Notes under the pieces: model-generated | What the model saw: only the letters and a program-made list of their open reading frames with translations | Told to the model about the DNA's origin: nothing | The model's database searches: none | Shown here: in pieces, positions 1 through 10,306 of the stretch | Layout: each line of letters begins with the position of its first letter | Numbering within the stretch: the first letter of the stretch is position 1 | Position numbers and translations under genes: made by a program | NCBI GenBank assembly: GCA_018609055.1 | Contig: JABAYJ010000005.1 | Location: 135,200 to 199,199 of the forward strand | Reading direction: 5' to 3' | Origin: Flavobacteriales bacterium | GTDB lineage: Bacteria; Bacteroidota; Bacteroidia; Flavobacteriales_D; CAJJDF01 | Length of the DNA: 64,000 nucleotides

Positions 1-979
1 GGATGGCAGCAATTCGGTTTAAGTACCATTCTCTGGTATAACCTCGATTCATTTTCTTTAAGATATCGTTATTTCCAGATTGAACTGGCAAGTGAACATA
101 GTCACAAAGATTATCGTATTTAGCAATTACTTCTAGCACTTCATCTCCCATGTCTTTTGGGTGAGAAGTGGAAAAACGAACTCTTAATAAAGGGTTTACT
201 TGCCCCACCATTTCCATCAATTGAGCAAAGTTTGTTGTAGGGATAGTTTCGTCTTTAATTTCTCCTTTAGATGACATATTCCATCTATAACTATCTACAT
301 TTTGCCCTAATAAAGTTACCTCTCGGTATCCTCTATCAAATAAATCTCTTGCTTCTGCTACAATTGTGAGAGGGTTTCTGCTTCGTTCTCTTCCTCTTGT
401 AAAAGGAACTACACAAAACGAACACATATTATCACATCCTCTTGTTATTGATATGAAAGCTGTAACTCCAGTTTGATCTAATCTTACAGGCGAAATATCT
501 GCATAGGTTTCTTCTCTTGAGAGTAAAACATTTACCGATTTTTGTCCGCCTTCAGTTTTATGTAATAAACTGGGTAAATCACGATATGCATCCGGACCTA
601 CGACCAAATCCACTAATTTTTCTTCTTCTAATAAGGCACTTTTTAATCTTTCTGCCATGCAGCCCAAAATTCCAACCATAAGTCCAGGTTTTGCCTTCTT
701 CATTTTTTTGAAAGTAGTCAACCTTTTTCTTACCGTTTGTTCTGCCTTGTCTCTTATCGAACAAGTGTTCAAAAGAATCAAATCCGACTCCTCAATATTT
801 CGAGTAGTAGTGTATCCATTTTTCTCTAAAATGGAGGCAACTACCTCACTGTCAGAAAAATTCATGGCGCAACCATAACTTTCTAAATATAGTTTTTTGC
901 TATTTTTATCAGAATTAGAATCTAAAATTAAGGCTTTCCCTTGTTTCGATTCATTTATGGTTTTATCAATGAGTTCCAT
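1..979 (-). CDS. miaB: tRNA-2-methylthio-N6-dimethylallyladenosine synthase MiaB, partial (C-terminus runs off the left edge)
   Basis: Not in the ORF track because there is no stop in the window. Reverse translation from the ATG at 979..977 gives [47 protein letters not shown]...[24 protein letters not shown]...[10 protein letters not shown]...[19 protein letters not shown]. This shows the MiaB-type N-domain, the radical-SAM CxxxCxxC motif and the start of the TRAM-side region. The track ORFs 579..764(-) and 657..878(+) are out-of-frame or antisense shadows of this gene. Confidence 0.9.
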   Translation of the reverse strand, partial: MELIDKTINESKQGKALILDSNSDKNSKKLYLESYGCAMNFSDSEVVASILEKNGYTTTRNIEESDLILLNTCSIRDKAEQTVRKRLTTFKKMKKAKPGLMVGILGCMAERLKSALLEEEKLVDLVVGPDAYRDLPSLLHKTEGGQKSVNVLLSREETYADISPVRLDQTGVTAFISITRGCDNMCSFCVVPFTRGRERSRNPLTIVAEARDLFDRGYREVTLLGQNVDSYRWNMSSKGEIKDETIPTTNFAQLMEMVGQVNPLLRVRFSTSHPKDMGDEVLEVIAKYDNLCDYVHLPVQSGNNDILKKMNRGYTREWYLNRIAAI

Positions 980-1144
980 CTACACTTTTTAAGTCAATTA
1001 TTATGCAAATATACAAAATACTGACAAAATAGCAGTCTTTTTTAAAGTTGAATATTAGACTGATTTCATTGATTTTTAGCTCCTAAAATGGTTGTTAAAT
1101 CACCTCAAAAAAAAATTATTTTGGATTTGTAAATAAAAAGTCCT

Positions 1145-1152
1145 TAATTTTG
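1145..1152 (+). promoter_or_regulatory. Candidate Bacteroidota -7 promoter box (TAATTTTG = TAnnTTTG) upstream of topA
   Basis: Exact match to the TAnnTTTG -7 consensus, 84 nt upstream of the topA ATG. TTG triplets at 1121..1123 and 1127..1129 could serve as the -33 element. Motif match only. Confidence 0.3.
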
Positions 1153-1235
1153 TCCCGCTCAAAACCTCCATATTTTCAGCATTTTCAGTTCACATTTCTT
1201 AATCATTATATTAAGGAATAAAACAAAAATTATAT

Positions 1236-3779
1236 ATGTCAAAGAATCTAGTAATAGTTGAGTCACCTGCTAAAGCCAAAACAATCGAAGGATATTTAGG
1301 TAAAGGATTTACAGTAAAATCCAGCTTCGGTCACGTGAGAGATATTCCAAGAAAAGGGATGGGAATTGACATTGATAATAACTTTACTCCAAACTACGAA
1401 GTCTCTGAAGACAAACAAAAAGTAGTGGCAGAGTTAAAGAAACTTACTAAAGCAGCTGATATTGTATGGCTAGCGACTGATGAGGATCGAGAAGGAGAGG
1501 CTATTTCATGGCATTTATATGAAACTCTTGGGTTGGATAATAAAGAGACCAAACGAATTACTTTTAATGAGATTACAAAAACTGCGGTTCAAAATGCAAT
1601 AGAGAATCCTCGTAAAATAAATATCAATTTAGTTAACGCTCAGCAAGCACGTAGAGTTTTGGATAGATTAGTAGGTTTTGAATTATCTCCAGTACTTTGG
1701 AAAAAAATAAAACCATCACTTTCTGCTGGTAGAGTTCAATCGGTAACGGTTAGGCTAATTGTTGAGAGAGAAAGAGAAATAAGAGAATTTAGTACTTCTG
1801 CAGCTTTTAAAGTGAAAGCCGAATTTGTATTGGATGGAACGGTTATTAAATCAGATTTAGGTAAATCATTTAAAACAGAAGAGGAAACTTTAAACTTCCT
1901 TAATCAATGTGCTGAGTCTAATTTTGAGATTAACAACATTGAGAAAAAACCAGCAAAGAAATCTCCAGCACCACCATTTACAACTTCTACACTTCAGCAA
2001 GAGGCTAGTAGAAAGTTAGGGTATTCGGTAAGTAGAACAATGAGTGTAGCTCAAAAACTATATGAAGCTGGGCGAATTACTTACATGAGAACAGATTCAA
2101 TCAATCTTTCTCAAACAGCAAGAAATGGGGCAGAGGCTGAAATTAAAAAAGCTTACGGGAATGATTTTTCTTTTCCAAGAGTATTTAAAACAAAAACAAA
2201 AGGAGCACAAGAAGCTCACGAAGCAATACGTCCGTCAAGCTTTGCAGTTCATTCTGTAGGAACAGATAGTAGCGAAAATAGGTTGTATGATTTAATTTGG
2301 AAAAGAGCAATAGCATCACAAATGAGTGAAGCTAAATTAGAGAAAACAACAGTTAAGATTTCAGGAAGTAAAATTCAAGAATTATTCACAGCAAGGGGAG
2401 AGATCATCTTGTTCGAAGGATTTTTGAAAGTATACTTGGAAGGAAAAGATGACGAAAATCAAGATGGTGAATCGGACAATGAAGGAATTTTTCCTCCAAT
2501 GAAAAAAGGAGATGCGCTTTCGGTTCAAATGATTGAGGCAACTGAGAGATATACGCGTCCACCAGCAAGATATACAGAAGCATCTTTGGTAAAGAAACTA
2601 GAAGAACTTGGTATTGGAAGACCATCAACATATGCTCCAACTATTACTACAGTTCAAAAGAGAGGATATGTTTCTAAAGATGAAATTGATTATAAAACGA
2701 GAAATTTCACTCAGTTAACTTTAGCAAAAGGTAATATTGATACTAAGTATCTAAAAGAAAATTATGGAGGAGATAAAAACAAATTATCCCCAACAGATAT
2801 AGGAACAGTGGTTAATGATTTTTTAGTTGCAAATTTTGATGGTGTATTAGATTATAACTTTACTGCTTCGGTAGAAAAAGAGTTTGATGATATTGCTGAA
2901 GGATTGATGAACTGGACAGAAATGATTAAGAAATTCTATAGTCCGTTTCACGCCAAAGTAGAAAACACACTTGAGCATGGAGAAAGACAATCTGGAGAAA
3001 GACTTTTAGGTTCAACTGAAAAAGGGGAAGATATTTTGGTGAGAATTGGACGATATGGACCAATGGCACAAATTGGAAGGACTTCAGAAAACGAAGACGA
3101 TCCTAAACCAAGATTCTCTTCATTGATGAAAAACCAGAGTCTGGAGACTATTACTTTAGAAGAGGTAATGGATTTATTTAAACTACCAAAGGATTTAGGT
3201 GTTCACGAAAGTCATGAGGTTATCGTTTCTAACGGAAGATTTGGGCCATACATCAAATATGATGAAATGTTTGTTTCTATTCCAAAAGGAGAAGAGCCTT
3301 TGGATGTAGATTTACCAAGAGCAATTGAATTAATTAAAGCTAAGCAAGAAGCTGATGCTCCAATATATGAGTACGAAGGATTGCCTGTTCAAAAGGGTGC
3401 TGGAAGATTTGGGCCATTTATTAAATGGAACGATATGTTCATTAACGTAAATAAAAAATACGATCATGATAACTTATCTGATGAAGATATTGTTGAATTG
3501 ATTGAGGTTAAGAAACAAAAGGAAATTGATAAAGTAATCCACAACTGGGAAGAAGAAGGAATTAGAGTTGAGAAAGCTCGTTGGGGAAGATTCAATATCT
3601 TAAAAGGAAAAACTAAAATTGAATTGCCAAAGACTACCAAAGCTGATAAATTAACTTTGGAACAAGTTCAAGCAATGATTGAAAAGGCTAAGCCAACAAA
3701 GAAAAAAGCTACTAAAAAGAAGCCGGCTGCAAAGAAAAAATCTGCTGCAAAGAAAAAAGCAGTAGCTAAGCAAAAGTAA
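1236..3779 (+). CDS. topA: DNA topoisomerase I with a Lys/Ala-rich basic C-terminal tail
   Basis: 847 aa. Toprim N-terminus MSKNLVIVESPAKAKTIEGYLG, DEDREGEAISWH, active-site region ITYMRTDS. Tail ...KPTKKKATKKKPAAKKKSAAKKKAVAKQK. Confidence 0.97.
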   Translation: MSKNLVIVESPAKAKTIEGYLGKGFTVKSSFGHVRDIPRKGMGIDIDNNFTPNYEVSEDKQKVVAELKKLTKAADIVWLATDEDREGEAISWHLYETLGLDNKETKRITFNEITKTAVQNAIENPRKININLVNAQQARRVLDRLVGFELSPVLWKKIKPSLSAGRVQSVTVRLIVEREREIREFSTSAAFKVKAEFVLDGTVIKSDLGKSFKTEEETLNFLNQCAESNFEINNIEKKPAKKSPAPPFTTSTLQQEASRKLGYSVSRTMSVAQKLYEAGRITYMRTDSINLSQTARNGAEAEIKKAYGNDFSFPRVFKTKTKGAQEAHEAIRPSSFAVHSVGTDSSENRLYDLIWKRAIASQMSEAKLEKTTVKISGSKIQELFTARGEIILFEGFLKVYLEGKDDENQDGESDNEGIFPPMKKGDALSVQMIEATERYTRPPARYTEASLVKKLEELGIGRPSTYAPTITTVQKRGYVSKDEIDYKTRNFTQLTLAKGNIDTKYLKENYGGDKNKLSPTDIGTVVNDFLVANFDGVLDYNFTASVEKEFDDIAEGLMNWTEMIKKFYSPFHAKVENTLEHGERQSGERLLGSTEKGEDILVRIGRYGPMAQIGRTSENEDDPKPRFSSLMKNQSLETITLEEVMDLFKLPKDLGVHESHEVIVSNGRFGPYIKYDEMFVSIPKGEEPLDVDLPRAIELIKAKQEADAPIYEYEGLPVQKGAGRFGPFIKWNDMFINVNKKYDHDNLSDEDIVELIEVKKQKEIDKVIHNWEEEGIRVEKARWGRFNILKGKTKIELPKTTKADKLTLEQVQAMIEKAKPTKKKATKKKPAAKKKSAAKKKAVAKQK

Positions 3780-3794
3780 ATTTCTCAATCAATT

Positions 3795-4955
3795 ATGGAT
3801 TTTTCTATTTTTTTAACCCCAGTATTAGAAGAGCAAATCAAAATTTACTCAACAATTAATAATTCACTTGGATCAAAAGTGAATTTCCATGATGGAGGGG
3901 AAATTAGCGAAGAATATGAATTGGCAATACTTGGAGTTAAAGAATCAAGAGGTTCTCAATTAACTTCGGTAAAAGAGAGTCCCGATTTTGTTCGTGAACA
4001 ACTTTACAAGCTTTATCCTTCAACTTCAGCCAAAATTATTGATATAGGTAATATAAGACAAGGTGAAACACTTCAAGACACTCTGTTTGCTTTAGTAGAA
4101 ACGCTACAGGAACTAGTAAAGAAAAAAATTATTCCAATTATAATTGGAGGTAGTCAAGAGCTAACTCTAGCCATGTATAAGTCCTACGAAAAGCTAGAAC
4201 AAATTGTAAACCTTACTACAATTGACCGGAAAATTGATTTTCAACAAATCAATGAAACCAACAATAACTCTTACCTCAAGGATATAATTTTATCAAGGCC
4301 AAATTTTCTTTTTAATTATTCTAATCTGGGAAGTCAATCATATTATCTCGACCCTGAGAATAATAAAATGATGGAAAAGTTATACTTTGATAATACTCGT
4401 TTAGGAGAATTACAGCATGATATTTCTATAGCCGAACCTGTAATTCGTAATTCTACAATTATAAGTTTTGATTTAAACAGTATCCGTCAAAGCGAAGTGC
4501 CTGGGACAAGTTTTGCTTCGCCAAATGGTTTTTTTGGGAACGAGGCATGTCAATTATCAAGGTATGCAGGGATGAGTGATAAAGTGGGAATGATAGGTTT
4601 TTATGAAATGAGTCCAGAGTTTGATATCCTTGGACAAACGGCACAACTTGTTTCTCAAATGATATGGTTTTTTATTGCAGGGTTTGATCTTCGAAAAAAC
4701 GAAACTCCACTAACCAGCAATAAAAATTACACAAAATATAAAGTTGTTTTATCCAGTTCAGAGGAAGAATTGATTTTTATAAAAAGTAAAAAATCAGAAA
4801 GATGGTGGATGAAAATCCCTTATCCTCCCTCAAAAAAAATAAAATTTCAGAGGCATCATTTAGTACCTTGTTCATACTCTGATTATGAAACTGCACTACG
4901 AGATGAGATGCCTAATCTCTGGTTAAATACCTACAATAAAATTAATATTCATTAA
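3795..4955 (+). CDS. Arginase/formiminoglutamase-fold protein, probably catalytically degenerate
   Basis: 386 aa. The overall pattern resembles the ureohydrolase family. At the positions I align to the Mn-ligand motifs it reads IIGGSQELT (canonical GGDHS), TIDRKIDF (canonical DAHxD) and ISFDLNSIRQSEVPG (canonical SxDxDxxDP). The alignment was done by eye. Confidence 0.55.
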   Translation: MDFSIFLTPVLEEQIKIYSTINNSLGSKVNFHDGGEISEEYELAILGVKESRGSQLTSVKESPDFVREQLYKLYPSTSAKIIDIGNIRQGETLQDTLFALVETLQELVKKKIIPIIIGGSQELTLAMYKSYEKLEQIVNLTTIDRKIDFQQINETNNNSYLKDIILSRPNFLFNYSNLGSQSYYLDPENNKMMEKLYFDNTRLGELQHDISIAEPVIRNSTIISFDLNSIRQSEVPGTSFASPNGFFGNEACQLSRYAGMSDKVGMIGFYEMSPEFDILGQTAQLVSQMIWFFIAGFDLRKNETPLTSNKNYTKYKVVLSSSEEELIFIKSKKSERWWMKIPYPPSKKIKFQRHHLVPCSYSDYETALRDEMPNLWLNTYNKINIH

Positions 4956-5082
4956 TTTTCTCTTGTCCAATAGATTGAAAAATTTAAAATAAGATTAAAT
5001 TTTTAACATCTTATTCTTTAAAAAAATTTCGAGTATCCATTTTTTTACTTATTTTAGCTGTTCATACAATAATGAAATTCTT

Positions 5083-6036
5083 ATGAAAAAAGTAGTAATA
5101 TTTGCCTTTGCTATCTGTTTAACTTTTGCTGCCAAAGCACAACAGGATATTCAAATGACCCATTTTATGTTCGATAAAATGTCATTTAATCCTGGAGCTA
5201 TTGGTTCTAAAGATGCCTGGTGTCTTACCGCCATCAATAGAAGACAGTGGACTGGTTTTGATGCTGGAGAGCCTACTACAACATTAATTAATTTCTCTAC
5301 ACCTAATTTACCAATTATTAAGGGTGCTATTGGTTTTACTTTCTATAACGACCAAATTGGTTGGGAAACTAATAATGTAATTAGATTAGGATACTCACTT
5401 AAATTTAGTGAACTAGGATTGAATATAGGTCCTGGTGAATTATCTCTAGGTCTTTCTGCTGGATATAACACAAAAAGAATTAACGCTTTATGGGTAACAC
5501 CTGACGGAACACCTCCAGGAAGTTTAGCTGGTCAAGATAATACAATACCTACATCTAATGTGAATGATGGAAACTTAAGCTTTAATGCAGGTTTATATTA
5601 TGCTACACCAATGTGGTATGCAGGTATCTCTACTACTAATATGACTGAGTCGGAATTACAGACTTTAAAGGTTTTAGGTAGAAGACATTATTACGGTATG
5701 GCAGGGGCAGAAATACCTTTAGGTTTTGCTAATTTAGATTTAAGACCAAATATCTTAATAAAATCTGATGGAACTAAAATGCAATATGATTTAAATGTTA
5801 ACGTTTTAGCCTTTGATATGGTTTGGGCTGGAGTTACTTACAGACACAATGATGCCATTGCCCCAATGGCAGGAATTCAATACAATGGACTGCAAGTAGG
5901 ATACTCATATGGATTAGGAACATCTTTTTTAAGTAATTATTTTACTAACGGAAACCACGAAATAATGGTTAATTATTGCTTTAGAATTGTACCTCCAATA
6001 AGATATGAAAGAGAAGTTCATCCATATTTATTATAA
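5083..6036 (+). CDS. porP: Type IX secretion system membrane protein, PorP/SprF family
   Basis: 317 aa. Signal peptide ending AKAQQDIQMTHFMFDKMSFNPGAIG and RRQWTGFDAGEPTT, which are typical PorP/SprF N-terminal motifs. Position immediately upstream of gldK matches the porP-porKLMN order. Confidence 0.85.
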   Translation: MKKVVIFAFAICLTFAAKAQQDIQMTHFMFDKMSFNPGAIGSKDAWCLTAINRRQWTGFDAGEPTTTLINFSTPNLPIIKGAIGFTFYNDQIGWETNNVIRLGYSLKFSELGLNIGPGELSLGLSAGYNTKRINALWVTPDGTPPGSLAGQDNTIPTSNVNDGNLSFNAGLYYATPMWYAGISTTNMTESELQTLKVLGRRHYYGMAGAEIPLGFANLDLRPNILIKSDGTKMQYDLNVNVLAFDMVWAGVTYRHNDAIAPMAGIQYNGLQVGYSYGLGTSFLSNYFTNGNHEIMVNYCFRIVPPIRYEREVHPYLL

Positions 6037-6134
6037 TTTTTTGAAACAAAATTAAAAAACTAGCGTAATAAGGATAGAATTTAGAGTTATTAACAATATA
6101 TTTGTTGATAAATCTGATGTAAAAAAGAAGAGAT

Positions 6135-7613
6135 ATGAAAAGAGTAACAATGATGATAGGGTTTGCTGTCTTGGTTTTTTCAAGCTGTCAAACAGGAAAC
6201 GGAGAGTTGATTGGAGCACAAAATCGACCAGAGTGGTATGGGTATGATCCTTTGGACATGCAGTACATTCCAGCAGGAAGTTACACGATGGGTCAAAGTG
6301 ACCAAGATGTTCCCTTTACACACCAAAATAAAACTAGAACAGTTACAATGTCTGCGTTTTATATGGATCATACTGAGATAACAAATAACGAATACCGTCA
6401 GTTTGTTTATTGGGTAAGAGATTCAATCGCAATGAGATATTTGGCTGAAGAATTCCCAGAAGAATTTTTATTACCAACTCTTGATGATGAATTAGAAGAG
6501 AAAGATGAAGAAGACTGGAATTTAGACTGGGATGTTGAAATTGATTGGGAAGACGAAGATTATTTTCCAATATTAGTTTCGGAAATGGTATTGCCAGAGA
6601 ATCAGAGAATATACGGTAGAAGAGAAATTGATGTAAGAAAATTAACATTCGATTATTACTGGATAGATTTTAAAGAAGCAGCTAAGAAAGGAAGGCCAGT
6701 TGTTAAGCCAATCTCAAATGTTGCTTACGAAGACAGAGAAGAGCACAGACTTAAGATGAAAGATGAAGGTTTTGATTTTCCTGTTGATCAATATGATGAA
6801 GAAATTCAGAGAGGGAAAGATTTAGATTTAGGTTATAGAAACAGCAAAGGTCAGAATAATTCTATAAGAGGACATTCAGATCGTTCAAGATTTGTAATTC
6901 ATGAACAAATTAATGTTTATCCTGATACTTTAGTATGGATACATGATTTTTCATATTCTTATAATGAGCCTTATGCTAGACAGTATTTTTCTAGCCCAGC
7001 ATATGATGATTATCCAGTAGTAGGAATTACTTGGACACAAGCGAAAGCTTTTTCAGTTTGGAGAACAAACTTGTTGAATGGATTTAGATTGTCAACTGGT
7101 GATGTAATTATTGATGACATGAGATTGCCATCTGAAGCTGAATGGGAATATGCAGCAAGAGGAGGATTAAATCAAAGTCCATACCCTTGGGGAGGACCTT
7201 ATATCAGAAACTCTAAAGGATGTTTCTTAGGAAACTTTAAACCTATGAGAGGAAGATATATGGAAGATGGTGGAACTTACACAGTAAAAGCTACTTCTTA
7301 TCATCCAAATGATTACGGATTGTATTGTATGGCTGGAAATGTAGCAGAATGGACAAATACAGCATATGATGAATCAATGTATGAGTTTTCTCATGATTTG
7401 AATCCAGAATATACTTACAATGCACTTGATCATGATCCAATTTCTATGAAAAGAAAAGTGATTAGAGGAGGGTCTTGGAAAGATATTGGATATTACCTTC
7501 AAACAGGTTCTAGAACTTACGAGTACCAAGATACTGCTAAGAGTTACATTGGATTTAGATGTGTAACAAGTTACTTAGGAAGAGGTGGTAATGAGAGAAA
7601 CGAAGGTTTATAA
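6135..7613 (+). CDS. gldK: Gliding motility/T9SS lipoprotein GldK (PorK)
   Basis: 492 aa. Lipoprotein signal ...VLVFSSCQ. Formylglycine-generating-enzyme (SUMF1)-like domain motifs FYMDHTEITNNEYRQF, RLPSEAEWEYAARGG, RGGSW. Sits in a gldKLMN context. Confidence 0.92.
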   Translation: MKRVTMMIGFAVLVFSSCQTGNGELIGAQNRPEWYGYDPLDMQYIPAGSYTMGQSDQDVPFTHQNKTRTVTMSAFYMDHTEITNNEYRQFVYWVRDSIAMRYLAEEFPEEFLLPTLDDELEEKDEEDWNLDWDVEIDWEDEDYFPILVSEMVLPENQRIYGRREIDVRKLTFDYYWIDFKEAAKKGRPVVKPISNVAYEDREEHRLKMKDEGFDFPVDQYDEEIQRGKDLDLGYRNSKGQNNSIRGHSDRSRFVIHEQINVYPDTLVWIHDFSYSYNEPYARQYFSSPAYDDYPVVGITWTQAKAFSVWRTNLLNGFRLSTGDVIIDDMRLPSEAEWEYAARGGLNQSPYPWGGPYIRNSKGCFLGNFKPMRGRYMEDGGTYTVKATSYHPNDYGLYCMAGNVAEWTNTAYDESMYEFSHDLNPEYTYNALDHDPISMKRKVIRGGSWKDIGYYLQTGSRTYEYQDTAKSYIGFRCVTSYLGRGGNERNEGL

Positions 7614-7709
7614 AAATCAACTATAATTTAAGAGTAAAGTATTAATATCGAATAGGACATTCGATAGGATAAATAAATAAACAAAAAAACTAAAAAAAGA
7701 AAAAAGTCT

Positions 7710-8525
7710 ATGAAGCCAGGAACTAAAGCATGGAAAAATTTTATGTCGAAACTATACGGAATAGGAGCGGCAGTTGTAATTGTTGGAGCATTATTTAAAA
7801 TTCAACACTGGCCAGGAGCAAGTTTGATGCTTACAATTGGTTTAGGAACAGAAGCAGTAATATTTTTATTCTCAGCTTTTGAACCAATACATGAGGAATA
7901 CGATTGGACTTTAGTTTATCCTGAATTAGCTTTAGGTCATGATTCTGATGATGATGAAATTACTTCATTAACAACTTCAAGAGGAAATAACGGAATGGGA
8001 GTTTCGCAACAACTTGATGGAATGTTGGAAGAAGCTAAAATAGACGGAGCATTAATCGAAAGTTTAGGTGATGGAATGAGAAATCTTTCTGAAACAGCTA
8101 ACAAGATTAGTACAATGTCTGACGCTACTGCTGTATCTGCAGACTACACAAATAGTTTAAAGAATGCTGCTAGTAAAGTTGATGGTTTAGCTGATTCTTA
8201 TGCTAAAGCTAGCGAATCTTTAATGGGATTAACTGACTCTACTCAAGCAGGTCAATCATTTGGTGAAGAAATGCAAAAAGTTACAGGAAACTTAACTGCT
8301 TTGAACAAGGTATACGAAATGCAATTAGAAGGAGCTTCTGAATCTTTAGAAAACTCTAAGAAAATACAAGGGGGTATTAGTGAAATGATGGGAACACTTG
8401 CAGATTCTGTTGAAGACACTAAGAACTACAAATCTAACATTGCTGAATTAAGTAAAAACTTACAAAAGCTGAACCAAGTATATGGAAATATGCTTAATGC
8501 CATGAATATTAACACGAACAGTTAA
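7710..8525 (+). CDS. gldL: Gliding motility/T9SS inner-membrane protein GldL (PorL)
   Basis: 271 aa. N-terminal KLYGIGAAVVIVGALFKIQHWPGA two-TM signature of GldL. Sits between gldK and gldM. Confidence 0.9.
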   Translation: MKPGTKAWKNFMSKLYGIGAAVVIVGALFKIQHWPGASLMLTIGLGTEAVIFLFSAFEPIHEEYDWTLVYPELALGHDSDDDEITSLTTSRGNNGMGVSQQLDGMLEEAKIDGALIESLGDGMRNLSETANKISTMSDATAVSADYTNSLKNAASKVDGLADSYAKASESLMGLTDSTQAGQSFGEEMQKVTGNLTALNKVYEMQLEGASESLENSKKIQGGISEMMGTLADSVEDTKNYKSNIAELSKNLQKLNQVYGNMLNAMNINTNS

Positions 8526-8574
8526 TACGACACTTAAATTAAACTATTATTAACTTTTAAAACTATAATTTAAA

Positions 8575-10257
8575 ATGGCAGGTGGAAAAGAAAGCCCAAG
8601 GCAGAAGATGATTGGAATGATGTATTTGGTACTAACAGCAATGTTGGCACTAAATGTATCCAAAAGTATTCTTGATGCCTTTATTACTATTGATGAACAA
8701 TCATTAGAACAAAATACGAATATCGTTAGAGCTATTAATGGAGTAGGAGATAAAATTGGTTTTTTAAAACAAGATCCTCAAGCAATGAAAACTGCTTTAG
8801 AGATTGAACCTATTTTCAATGAAATTAAAAGAATATCTAATAATGTAGATGATCACTTTTACAATGAAATGAACGAAATGTTCCTAGAGACTGAAGGGAA
8901 AAAATGGTTTACTAAAGATCCTGTATCTCAAGTTACTGATTTTTTGCCATTGGATGATATTACAAAAAAAGATGATTATGATACTCCTACAAGGTTTTTT
9001 GGTGGAGATACTCCAAAGTCCGATAAAAGAGGAAAAGCTCTAAGAGAGAAGTTGATTGAGTACAGGGATAAACTAATTGTAACTGTAGCAGATTCTGTAA
9101 AGGATGATCAAAATGTTGTTCACGTTATTACTAAGGATAAATTAAAATCTCAAGAAGCGTTTTTCAAATTTTTAGAAGATGATAAGCATCCTAATAAATC
9201 TGAACTATCAGAGATCTATTCTAGTTTAACTAAGAAAGAAAAGGTATTACAGCATAAAGAACCTAAAGATTGGAATGTTGCACGTTTTTATCATCAACCA
9301 ATGGTAGGAGTTGTGTCAACTATCACTTCTTTAAGAAATGATATCCGTTTGGCTCAACAAAAATCATCTAAGATGTTATTGTCTAGAATTGATAAGCCAA
9401 TGATGAACATTAATAAAGTTGAGGCGCAAGTAATTGCATCTACTCAATACTTAAATGTTGGTGAAAAATTAGATGTTAAGGTTGGAATTGTTGCATTTGA
9501 TTCAACAAAAAAATACCCTGTAAAATACAGAATGAGTTCTTCAGGAGATTATACTCTGTCTGATTCAGGTGCTTTTGTTTTAAGTGCTGGTTCTCCAGGT
9601 AAAAGACAACTTGAAGGAATGCTAGAAGTAGAATTAGCTGGTACACCAACTGATTTACCTTTCTCTTTTGAATATACAGTAGGAAAGCCTTCTGCATCTG
9701 TTGCAGCTCCAGAGCTTAACGTAATGTATAGAGGTTACGACAACAAAATTCAAGCTGTAGCTTCAGGATATCCGCCAGATGCAATTAAAGTTTCTTGTGA
9801 TGGATGTACAAGTTTCAAGAGAAATGGAGATGTATTTATTGCTAAAGTTGGAGGAGGAAGAGAAGCAACTGTTTCTGTGAAGGCTGATGGTAAAACGATT
9901 GGATTCCAGAAATTTAGAATTATGCCACTGCCTAAGCCTCAACCTTATTTTGGAGGAAAAACTTTAGGTAATAAAACAATACAAACGGGAATCCTTAAGC
10001 AGACTCCACCATTAAGCGCTAAGTTAGCTGATTCACCATTGAACGTTAAATTCTCTGTGAAGTCATTTACACTTGATGTAATTGTAAATGGAAAAATTAT
10101 TACAGAGAGAGCAAGAGGTGGTGCACTTTCACCAAAAATGAAAAATATGGTGAGAAACGCTAAGAAAGGACAGAAAATATATATTTATGATGTAATGGTT
10201 GCTGGACCTGATGGAAGAGCAATGCCTATTGGTGGACTTACATTTAAAGTAATATAA
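8575..10257 (+). CDS. gldM: Gliding motility/T9SS protein GldM (PorM)
   Basis: 560 aa. N-terminus MAGGKESPRQKMIGMMYLVLTAMLALNVSKSILDAF is the canonical GldM start. Confidence 0.93.
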   Translation: MAGGKESPRQKMIGMMYLVLTAMLALNVSKSILDAFITIDEQSLEQNTNIVRAINGVGDKIGFLKQDPQAMKTALEIEPIFNEIKRISNNVDDHFYNEMNEMFLETEGKKWFTKDPVSQVTDFLPLDDITKKDDYDTPTRFFGGDTPKSDKRGKALREKLIEYRDKLIVTVADSVKDDQNVVHVITKDKLKSQEAFFKFLEDDKHPNKSELSEIYSSLTKKEKVLQHKEPKDWNVARFYHQPMVGVVSTITSLRNDIRLAQQKSSKMLLSRIDKPMMNINKVEAQVIASTQYLNVGEKLDVKVGIVAFDSTKKYPVKYRMSSSGDYTLSDSGAFVLSAGSPGKRQLEGMLEVELAGTPTDLPFSFEYTVGKPSASVAAPELNVMYRGYDNKIQAVASGYPPDAIKVSCDGCTSFKRNGDVFIAKVGGGREATVSVKADGKTIGFQKFRIMPLPKPQPYFGGKTLGNKTIQTGILKQTPPLSAKLADSPLNVKFSVKSFTLDVIVNGKIITERARGGALSPKMKNMVRNAKKGQKIYIYDVMVAGPDGRAMPIGGLTFKVI

Positions 10258-10306
10258 ATAACTTTTCTACGTTTAGTAAGTAGTAAGAATAGAAAAACAG
10301 AAGAAG

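Noticed and set aside
579-878. Track ORFs 579..764(-) and 657..878(+) as genes
   Set aside because: Both lie inside the long minus-strand MiaB reading frame, which runs 979 down to 1 and off the edge. They are frame or antisense shadows with no motifs.
3660-3779. Repeated GCTGCAAAGAAAAAA units at the topA 3' end as a tandem repeat or VNTR
   Set aside because: This is the coding sequence of a Lys/Ala-rich basic tail (KKKxAAKKK). The repetition is only low-complexity composition.
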